From a virus, in the IMG/VR virus record IMGVR_UViG_3300011270_000007, positions 4,684-68,683 of that record: a DNA stretch of 64,000 nucleotides; one strand, given 5' to 3'. Positions 56,537-64,000 of the stretch are shown piece after piece (within the stretch, counting starts at the first letter, position 1; the number at the start of each line of letters is the position of its first letter). The notes beneath the pieces are model-generated. The model was not told where the DNA came from and did no database searches. It saw nothing but the letters and a program-made list of their open reading frames with translations. Position numbers and translations under genes: made by a program.

Positions 56537-57943
56537 TTAAAATGCACCAGTCAAGTTATCGATGATCACATTTTTTCTGGGTTCATACACAGCCAAGGTC
56601 AAGAACCTGAAATGCGCTTCCGGTTGAGTCAAATCGGTAATCGCCAGTTTCAAACGGCTATAAGGAGCCAATTCATGGATGGCCATTGTATCCATTTGAA
56701 CTAGGAATCCCGAAATACCACCGGGGAGACGATTGTTCAAATCAGTAAATACCGTAGTAGCACCGCCGCCGTTCTTAACCCTACCAACCAACTTAGTCAC
56801 CGTACCACCAGCCGCTGAACGATAGACGTTAAAATAACGCTGAGTCCCAGAACCCGGAGTTACAGTTACAGTCACCTGATTGCCAGAAGTTGCAATAGTA
56901 ATAGTGGCCGTAGCCGCAGGCAATGATTCACCCAATTCATTTTCAGCTGTTACGGTATATGTATACACCTGAGTTGCAGCAAATGAAGTCGTTCCAGCAG
57001 CCTGAGCCAAAGCAAATGTCGGAGCCCCCGGAGAAGCTGCCACAGCACGCTTTGCTTTGGTTTGACCAGACAAGAAACGCGAAGGTTCCAACATCACCAC
57101 GCCGCCCGAAACCGCCTGACGGCGAATATCAACGGCAGTCGTTACTTCTTGGCCAGTTGAACCTAGATTGAAACGTTCCTTATTAGCATACGATGCTTTG
57201 TTGAACGCCGATAGGATCAAAGGATCTACATACAAACGATCCGCCGTTCCCATGTTCATCACGCCACGAACCCAGGAGTCTTCGATCATTGACTGAATTA
57301 ATGTACCACCACCGGCAATGACGTTTGATAAACCTGAACCATATGCTTCAAACATCAAATCCTGGGTATTGGTCTGGTTATCAGACTGACGAACCTGCGG
57401 ACCTAGACCTAAAATATTTGGCAGCACCAACGGAATCGCCAAAGGATTGCCGTCAAATACACCAACGTTTGAAAAGTCATCCTTGCCACGGAACAAATCG
57501 AATTCAATATCGCCCGCAATCTTGCGTGCGGCCGCCAACGCTTCGCGATCTTCGGCCTTGACTCCATCCTGAGTTTCAGCCATCTGTGCCGCGATAGTCA
57601 CACGACGAACGTGTGAATAATAACCCATTGGCACTACGCCACGGACGATATCAGAAGTTTGTTCCTGACCGACCTGACCTTCAAGCTGGGCCGATCCACC
57701 AAATACGCCGTAAGACAACTGACGGTTGAATTGAACCAACTGCCCTTTGGCCTTCTGGACTTTGATTTCCTTCTGTAGCTTGATGTGCTGATCACCAAAT
57801 GTGACGTTGTGCATCACTGGCGACACATCCTCTACCTGCAAAGCCGAACCCTGAATCAACTGTCCAGGGGCAACGTTATAGCTGCCTAAGTCCAAAGCCT
57901 TGATCAGGTCTTCGATTTTGTTAATTACGTTTGAAGTACTCAT
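56537..57943 (-). CDS. major capsid protein (SPO1/Twort-like HK97 fold) with inserted FN3/Ig-like domain
   Basis: LIKAL..G..GSALQVED, IEFDLFRG, ELAPYSRLKLA..LAVYEPRK; after the scaffold. Confidence 0.9.
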   Translation of the reverse strand: MSTSNVINKIEDLIKALDLGSYNVAPGQLIQGSALQVEDVSPVMHNVTFGDQHIKLQKEIKVQKAKGQLVQFNRQLSYGVFGGSAQLEGQVGQEQTSDIVRGVVPMGYYSHVRRVTIAAQMAETQDGVKAEDREALAAARKIAGDIEFDLFRGKDDFSNVGVFDGNPLAIPLVLPNILGLGPQVRQSDNQTNTQDLMFEAYGSGLSNVIAGGGTLIQSMIEDSWVRGVMNMGTADRLYVDPLILSAFNKASYANKERFNLGSTGQEVTTAVDIRRQAVSGGVVMLEPSRFLSGQTKAKRAVAASPGAPTFALAQAAGTTSFAATQVYTYTVTAENELGESLPAATATITIATSGNQVTVTVTPGSGTQRYFNVYRSAAGGTVTKLVGRVKNGGGATTVFTDLNNRLPGGISGFLVQMDTMAIHELAPYSRLKLAITDLTQPEAHFRFLTLAVYEPRKNVIIDNLTGAF

Positions 57944-57957
57944 TTACGTTCTCCTAA

Positions 57958-59166
57958 TTATTTCAACAAATGTTCAATTGTTTCAGGTTTAGCCCCAAAC
58001 AATAAGAATCCATCGACCAAATCACGGTCTGATTTCTTCAATTCTGGCTTTGAAGTTACTTCCTTCAATTTAGCCACAATCTGTCCACGAGTCATCGAAG
58101 CCATTGGCGCAGCCTTCTCTTCTTCAGTTTTGGCTACAACCTGATATTCAGCCAAAGACGAAAACGCCTTGGGCTGTGGTCTTGATAACATCTTTTCAAA
58201 CAACTTAGACATTTTGTCTACAGTCTTAGACAATTCATCAATTTTTTCTTCGGCTTTGGCTAATTTCTCGCCCGCTTCGTCTTTTTCGCTCATGGTCATT
58301 GCCTTGCCCGAAGGAGGCGGTACGCCCTGAGTAGACATCGGTTGAGCAACGCCCATTGAAGGAGGAGGATTTGGAGCCTGATCAACGCCTTCATCGGCCC
58401 CCATACGACCCATCATGACTGCTTTCAAAGCTTCCCAATGAGCATGTAAATCTTCGTCAGATAATTCGGAATACGCTTCCGCCAAAGGTTTCTCGGCAGC
58501 CATTTGACCCATCTGGTCGCCGCCCATTTGGTCACCGCCCATTGGATCACCACCTGGGGGTGGTGCGCCCTGAGCAGTCGGATCCGCACCAGGATCTCCG
58601 CCCGGAGGTGTTTGAAAATCTTTTCCGCCACCTTCGCTTGGTGCAGCAGAGCCCGCTGGGGAAGTCGCTGAATCAGCCGAGCCTTCGCTTGGAGATTTCT
58701 TCGGAGGGCTTTCATCTTTACTTACTGATTGACGAAAAGCCGAACCCATTGAGCCAGCCGAAGCAGATTCTTCCGCCTTGGTGGCCCAACCATGGGCCTT
58801 TGCACTGTTAGCGCTATTTTCCTCATCAACAAGCTCTGGAGCCCCCGTAGATGTTTGTTTCTGGGCGCTAAGACCTTTTACGTGCTGTCCTTGAGCAACA
58901 CGATTGTCTTTAGCGGCCGTCTTCCCCGAAGGATCTTCGTCCTTGCTCATTGACGACGATGAAGATGAACCCGAAGACTCTTCTTTAGACATTGAGGATG
59001 AAAGAGAATCTTCCTTTGATAATGAAGATGAAGCAGATGAAGAAGCCGAGGCTTTTGCCAAGGCTTCTTCTGATTTCAAAAGATCAGCTACTTCATTGTC
59101 AAAAGAGTTACGAACTTCATCAACCAATTCGGCGATTTCTTGTTCAGTAAATTCATTTTTTGGCAT
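57958..59166 (-). CDS. capsid scaffolding protein
   Basis: Acidic/disordered with coiled coil and many [LM]xK[ASE] motifs; directly upstream of the MCP. Confidence 0.75.
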   Translation of the reverse strand: MPKNEFTEQEIAELVDEVRNSFDNEVADLLKSEEALAKASASSSASSSLSKEDSLSSSMSKEESSGSSSSSSMSKDEDPSGKTAAKDNRVAQGQHVKGLSAQKQTSTGAPELVDEENSANSAKAHGWATKAEESASAGSMGSAFRQSVSKDESPPKKSPSEGSADSATSPAGSAAPSEGGGKDFQTPPGGDPGADPTAQGAPPPGGDPMGGDQMGGDQMGQMAAEKPLAEAYSELSDEDLHAHWEALKAVMMGRMGADEGVDQAPNPPPSMGVAQPMSTQGVPPPSGKAMTMSEKDEAGEKLAKAEEKIDELSKTVDKMSKLFEKMLSRPQPKAFSSLAEYQVVAKTEEEKAAPMASMTRGQIVAKLKEVTSKPELKKSDRDLVDGFLLFGAKPETIEHLLK

Positions 59167-59186
59167 TTTGAAAAATCTCCCAAAAA

Positions 59187-59663
59187 TTATAGAGCTGAAG
59201 TGGTTGGATGACGCAGATCGTCTATAGTTAGAGCTAAGTTACCCGCAGTAATTGTAGCAACCGTTGGAGCAGTACCAGTAGCACCCATATACAATTCAAC
59301 TCTAGGACCAAAACGAAACACTTCAATCAATACACGAAGCAAATTGGTATCAAATACAAACGAACGATTGGCAGTAGCAGAAGTTTCAATCGCAATCTGC
59401 GCAGTATGAGGACCGTAAGAATCCTGAGTTAAACCAATTGAGTTAACTCCAATTGACGGAAATTCCAAAAATCTTATAAAGACATTCTGACCACCAGTTA
59501 CACCAGCACCAATGGTAATAGTAGGATTAGCAGGAGTGCTGGCGTCAACTCCAGATGTAACAGTCAATGCAGCAGGCAAAACAGCCGGATCACCAAAACG
59601 AATACCAAGCTTATTTGCAATTTCACGACCAAGGACAATTGCGGTCTTCAAAATACTAGCCAT
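59187..59663 (-). CDS. virion structural protein (possible capsid decoration)
   Basis: First gene of the capsid operon; beta-rich. Confidence 0.55.
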   Translation of the reverse strand: MASILKTAIVLGREIANKLGIRFGDPAVLPAALTVTSGVDASTPANPTITIGAGVTGGQNVFIRFLEFPSIGVNSIGLTQDSYGPHTAQIAIETSATANRSFVFDTNLLRVLIEVFRFGPRVELYMGATGTAPTVATITAGNLALTIDDLRHPTTSAL

Positions 59664-59733
59664 AAAAACTCCCTTAATAAAGGTTTATTGATATGTTAGA
59701 TTATGTCTGAAGTCGAACAACAACCTTCTAATC

Positions 59734-59946
59734 ATGTATAAAAGCGAAGAGTTTAAATGCTCTGTCTGTGAAAAAAAGCTAACTAAAGACGATTTTCACC
59801 ACAAACCCAAACGAACCCCCAATAGCAAGGATCACACATCGGCATGTAAGAAATGTCGTAGCAATAAGTATTTCGAGAAAAAGAATGGAATTAACCAATC
59901 AAGAAAAAGAAAAAATCTTACGCAAAGCGCTGTTTGTCCCTTGTAA
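59734..59946 (+). CDS. Zn-finger protein resembling an HNH/Endo VII N-terminal domain
   Basis: CSVC..K....F......CKKC; no nuclease domain. Confidence 0.5.
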   Translation: MYKSEEFKCSVCEKKLTKDDFHHKPKRTPNSKDHTSACKKCRSNKYFEKKNGINQSRKRKNLTQSAVCPL

Positions 59947-61792
59947 CTCCAAGGACGAACTACACCGCTGGATTAAGATATATCTCAATATCGATCTACC
60001 AGATTGTATTGTTTGCGATGACGACGTTAGACATCCACCGTCTACGTCTTGTCCAATGGACTTTTTGTGGGAAATCTACGACAAATCAAAAAAAGGCGAC
60101 GATCCAGATTTTATTACCGTCTTAGCCTATGCCGCACGTGATGCGTTTAAAACAATTACGGCTTCAATTTTCGAATTATTATGCCTGTTCCATTTAAAAC
60201 GAAACGTAGCTCACTTGGCTGCCATTGAACAACAAGCCAAGGAATCACAAAAAGATGTTGAGTCATTCTTTAGACGAACGATCTTAAGGGAATTCGTTAC
60301 ATCTAAAAACAAGCGCGTCATTGAAATGACATATTACGTCCATCAAACCATAAAAGAAATTATATCACCCATTCAAATAAAAAATCTAACACCAGAGGCT
60401 CAATCAGAATACGAAGAATTTAAATACAACATCGAAATATTAGTTGCCTCAATGGCAAGTACAAATTCTAAACATACGGAGCTGTTAGTGCTGGATGAGT
60501 TAGAATTAGCTCCACCAGCGCCAGTTCAAGAAGCTAAAATGATTCCTCGTGCCTCTGAAGATGGTAAGTTGCCCATCACCTTAATGACTTCAACTAGAAA
60601 ATTCTCATTCGGATTAGTTCAAAAAGAAATAGACAATGCCCAAAAAAGTGGATTAGTGATTAGGCATTGGAACATTATCGACGTAACCCAACCATGTCCA
60701 TCTTCTAGACATTTGCCCGAATTACCCAAAGTTCCTTACTATGTTAACGATTCAAATTTACAAGTCATTGAAGAAACTAAATACAATGCGTTAAGTGCTC
60801 TTGAACAAGAAAAATACTACAAAGAAATGGGTTATGTCGGATGTACTCGTAACTGTCGCCTATTCGCCGTATGTTTAGGACGATTGGCAACTAAACAAAC
60901 ATCTAAATCCAACTTACTTAAACCAATTGATCACGTAGCTGGGCTGTTCAGAAGTTTATCGGCAGACTTATCAAAGGCCCAACTAATGAGTTGGAAGCCA
61001 AGTTCAGAGGGATTGGTTTATCCAAACTTTAGTCGCGAAATCCACATGATCACGGCTGCTCAAATGGCCAATAAAATGACTGGCGAAGATTATCCTGAAA
61101 ATTTTACTAAAGTACAATTAATTGAATTAATGAAACATATAGGTGCCGCATTCTATTGTGGGATGGATCACGGATTTACCCACAATTTTGCTGTGGTTAC
61201 GGCTGCATTGATTGGGCACATTTTGTATGTATTCGATGTAATTAGTCGTCCTGGATTAGAATTAATGCAAAAAATAGAATTATGTAGAGAACGAATATAT
61301 CCCTTACAACCGACTATTTACCCAGATAATGCTTACCCAGCCGACAATAAGACCTTTAGACGTTTTGGATTCAGAATGGTTGATTTCGTCAAAGATGTCC
61401 AAGGCGGAATCGAAAGCATTAGAAGTCGATTAGCTCCCGGTACCGGTAGAGATCCAACCATTTGGTTCTTAAAAGATGATGAAGGATGTGAATTATTAGC
61501 TCAAAGGAAATTAAGGTATCACTGGAAATTGGACCCCCAAGGTAAGTTGACCGATGAGCCCGATCCAGATGATGACGACGAATTAGATGCCGAAAGGTAC
61601 CTATGCCAAAACGTAACAATTAATAAGAGTAGAACGGTAACCGCAATCGTTGAAAATGAATATCAAAAATTATATCCAAAAGACCCCAACTCAAATTGGA
61701 TGACAGAAAAGATTAAAGAGCTAACCGATGAGTCTTCTCCCGATCAAGGTAAAATTTACGGGGGGCGCGCGGGCATCATGTTTATAGTGTAA
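59885..61792 (+). CDS. terL: terminase large subunit
   Basis: AARDAFKT Walker-A-like, LLVLDE Walker B, TST, GLVYPNF, GMDHGF, DELDAERY. Confidence 0.9.
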   Translation: MELTNQEKEKILRKALFVPCNSKDELHRWIKIYLNIDLPDCIVCDDDVRHPPSTSCPMDFLWEIYDKSKKGDDPDFITVLAYAARDAFKTITASIFELLCLFHLKRNVAHLAAIEQQAKESQKDVESFFRRTILREFVTSKNKRVIEMTYYVHQTIKEIISPIQIKNLTPEAQSEYEEFKYNIEILVASMASTNSKHTELLVLDELELAPPAPVQEAKMIPRASEDGKLPITLMTSTRKFSFGLVQKEIDNAQKSGLVIRHWNIIDVTQPCPSSRHLPELPKVPYYVNDSNLQVIEETKYNALSALEQEKYYKEMGYVGCTRNCRLFAVCLGRLATKQTSKSNLLKPIDHVAGLFRSLSADLSKAQLMSWKPSSEGLVYPNFSREIHMITAAQMANKMTGEDYPENFTKVQLIELMKHIGAAFYCGMDHGFTHNFAVVTAALIGHILYVFDVISRPGLELMQKIELCRERIYPLQPTIYPDNAYPADNKTFRRFGFRMVDFVKDVQGGIESIRSRLAPGTGRDPTIWFLKDDEGCELLAQRKLRYHWKLDPQGKLTDEPDPDDDDELDAERYLCQNVTINKSRTVTAIVENEYQKLYPKDPNSNWMTEKIKELTDESSPDQGKIYGGRAGIMFIV

Positions 61793-61825
61793 AAGTGTCA
61801 ATCTTTCTAATCTTAGGAGATTATT

Positions 61826-62827
61826 GTGCCAGTATTAAATGAAAGTATAGCAATTGTTGTATATGGCGATTCAACGGCAAATAGCAATCCTCAATTTAGA
61901 TATACTGACTGGCGACGGACAATAGCCAATATTGCTGTCAAAAACCCACTAAACCAAGAATTTTTAATTCAACCACGAACTTCACAAGTTCTGTTTAGTG
62001 GTCAACGAACAACTACAATCGACGCCACAACTACATTCTCAATTGCTTTAAATGCAGTTAATCCAACTATCTATCGTATCACATATACATCGGGCACTAC
62101 TCCTGGATTTCGAACCGATCGTGGACTCACTTTAAGCAGCGATACGGTTACTTGGGCCATAAATAATAATGCTACTGCAACTGTAACAATTATCACTCAA
62201 AGCTTTGCGGCAGTAGTCATAGGCGATACCATCTGGGTACCAACCACCGCCACCGGAGACGCAGCATTAAATAGTCCATTCAATGTCCAGAATGGTGGAC
62301 TATGGACCGTAATTGCCAAATCTGGTAATAATAAAACAATTACTTTAACCAGACTACCAGGGACAGCCTTTAGTGGGGTTGCCGAAACTCAATCACCCAC
62401 TTCCAATGCTCAATTTGTAGCCTTTTCAGCTACCGGAGTTCAAATTGGCGATTCATTGGAAATCTCAGCAGGATTTAGTCCGGTTACTCAAACCAATTTC
62501 ACCGTATCCAACGTAATATCAACTTTTGTGGAATTCACTACAACTGCCTCCTATCCACTTGAAGTAGGCATTCAGCCTAACAACGCCGGGATGGTTTTTT
62601 ACCTGGGAAACAAGAAATTTATACACATTGAAGCAGATCAAGAATGTGCCCTCAGGTTTAATTTACTGGTAGGCGGAACTGATCAATCAGTGCGCATTAC
62701 GCCTAGAGTAGTTGCATCCGATCCCGATATCTCTCACTTCCAAAAATGGGGCACAACCTGGGCCATCGAAGTATTCAATCGTTCTCAAACCGTAGCTAAA
62801 GTAAGGCTGATCAGTGCAGAACAATAA
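61826..62827 (+). CDS. virion structural protein
   Basis: beta-rich; shares a GD..P..NGG.W.V..TLTRL motif with the sheath insertion. Confidence 0.65.
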   Translation: MPVLNESIAIVVYGDSTANSNPQFRYTDWRRTIANIAVKNPLNQEFLIQPRTSQVLFSGQRTTTIDATTTFSIALNAVNPTIYRITYTSGTTPGFRTDRGLTLSSDTVTWAINNNATATVTIITQSFAAVVIGDTIWVPTTATGDAALNSPFNVQNGGLWTVIAKSGNNKTITLTRLPGTAFSGVAETQSPTSNAQFVAFSATGVQIGDSLEISAGFSPVTQTNFTVSNVISTFVEFTTTASYPLEVGIQPNNAGMVFYLGNKKFIHIEADQECALRFNLLVGGTDQSVRITPRVVASDPDISHFQKWGTTWAIEVFNRSQTVAKVRLISAEQ

Positions 62828-62829
62828 AA

Positions 62830-64000
62830 ATGGCTGACAATAAAAACAAAATTATCATACAATCATTCGATCCTTCGGTGACTGACGAAGATCTAACTAA
62901 ATTAGAAAAAGAAGGCGAAAGTATACACTCGCCACTAATCAAGTCGATTGTCAATTCATTAAGGCGTGCTGGCGATAAAATCATGCCGTTGGCATTCACC
63001 GAAGACCCTTCTTCGCCAAATCGCTACGGTGGATTGTATTATCAAAAACTAGTTTCTGTTCCGGATCAATTATTAAAACGAGTCGCTATTACTGACGATT
63101 TGGTAGCCGCATGTACTTTTACAAGAGCTAATCACTTAAAAGCTTACGGGAAAGAATTAGAAGAACGGCATGATTTTGGCTACAGAATTGAACTGACCAA
63201 AGAGGCCATCAAAACGCTTGACACTAAAAGAAAAACTGAACTAATCGAAAAAATGAAAAAGGCTTCCAAGTTACTTGGGACTTGTGGTTTCACCGCTGGC
63301 TGGTACGATGATAAAAAAAGTACATTATCAGAATTTTTGTTTCAAAGTGCTCGTAACGCAGTAATCTTTGGTCGATTCGCTACAGAAATCATTTGGGTAT
63401 ACAACAAGGAAGACGAAAAAGTATTTCATTCCTTTAGAGCCAGGGATCCTGCCACAATTCTAAAACTCCTACCCAAACCAGATCACGCTGCCGATCAAAT
63501 CCGTCGTACCGCCTACAAGACCTTACAAGAATTATCACCACATAAATTAATCCAAGAAGGATCTGAAGATAAAGAATGGGCTTACATCCAAGTTTTTGAA
63601 GGTAAGCCAATGCAAGTTTTTACAGCAGAAGAAATGGTTGTACACAACTGCTATCCAGTCACAGATTTCGAATTAAATGGATATCCATTAACACCAATCG
63701 ATACCGCAATTACTGCAATCACAACTCACATCAATATCGCCTCTTTTAATAAGATGTATTTCTCAAATGGACGTGCTTCAAGGGGGATGTTGACCATCAA
63801 CAGCGATGAAGTCGATCCTAGCGTTCTACAAGATTTAAAACAGCAATTTCAGGCTACGATCAACTCCACTTCTAATGCTTTTAGGATGCCAGTTATCAAA
63901 GTCGGTAAGGAAGATAAAGTTCAATGGCAAGCAATCGATGCCATGCAACGCGATGGTGAATTCCAATTTTTATATGACAGCATTTCTAGAATCATCTTAG
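62830..64000 (+). CDS. portal protein (partial, runs off the window; not in ORF track)
   Basis: Own translation: DPATI, YIQV, NGYPLTPID, FNKMYFSNGRASRGML, DGEFQ. Confidence 0.9.
   Translation, partial: MADNKNKIIIQSFDPSVTDEDLTKLEKEGESIHSPLIKSIVNSLRRAGDKIMPLAFTEDPSSPNRYGGLYYQKLVSVPDQLLKRVAITDDLVAACTFTRANHLKAYGKELEERHDFGYRIELTKEAIKTLDTKRKTELIEKMKKASKLLGTCGFTAGWYDDKKSTLSEFLFQSARNAVIFGRFATEIIWVYNKEDEKVFHSFRARDPATILKLLPKPDHAADQIRRTAYKTLQELSPHKLIQEGSEDKEWAYIQVFEGKPMQVFTAEEMVVHNCYPVTDFELNGYPLTPIDTAITAITTHINIASFNKMYFSNGRASRGMLTINSDEVDPSVLQDLKQQFQATINSTSNAFRMPVIKVGKEDKVQWQAIDAMQRDGEFQFLYDSISRIIL

Noticed and set aside
1-64000. Stop-codon reassignment
   Set aside because: Long genes are intact in the standard code, all three stops are used, and no suppressor tRNA is seen

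Overview
A 64 kb segment of a large contractile-tailed (myovirus-type) bacteriophage that uses the standard genetic code. Bases 1-15.8 kb (+ strand, sigma70-like promoters) hold an array of about 17 tRNA or tRNA-like genes, many non-canonical. They are interleaved with small ORFs, candidate structured ncRNAs and accessory enzymes: vWA, two amidoligases, NMN adenylyltransferase, dual-specificity phosphatase, adenine methyltransferase, HAD and metallo-phosphatases, dUTPase, HNHs and DUF2829/Tad2. Bases 15.8-45.5 kb (- strand) encode baseplate, tape measure, chaperones, putative lysis genes, tube, sheath, neck, putative packaged head-cargo proteins, dNMP kinase and IMPDH. Bases 45.6-53.1 kb (+ strand) are an inverted cassette of beta-rich virion-like proteins linked by a ~37-aa DEDFW repeat (17 copies plus 2) ending in Kelch propellers. 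Bases 53-64 kb encode Hsp20, patatin, a homing endonuclease, major capsid and scaffold (-), then terminase and a partial portal (+). Best leads: the DEDFW repeat-scaffold cassette, an AATCTT/AACCTT late-promoter motif before about 23 genes (often leaderless), a ~345-nt structured ncRNA with an embedded tRNA-like domain, a degenerate mCpol protein among the head genes, and a D-arm-less tRNA-Arg-like RNA. All calls are by eye from motifs and synteny; no database searches were run.
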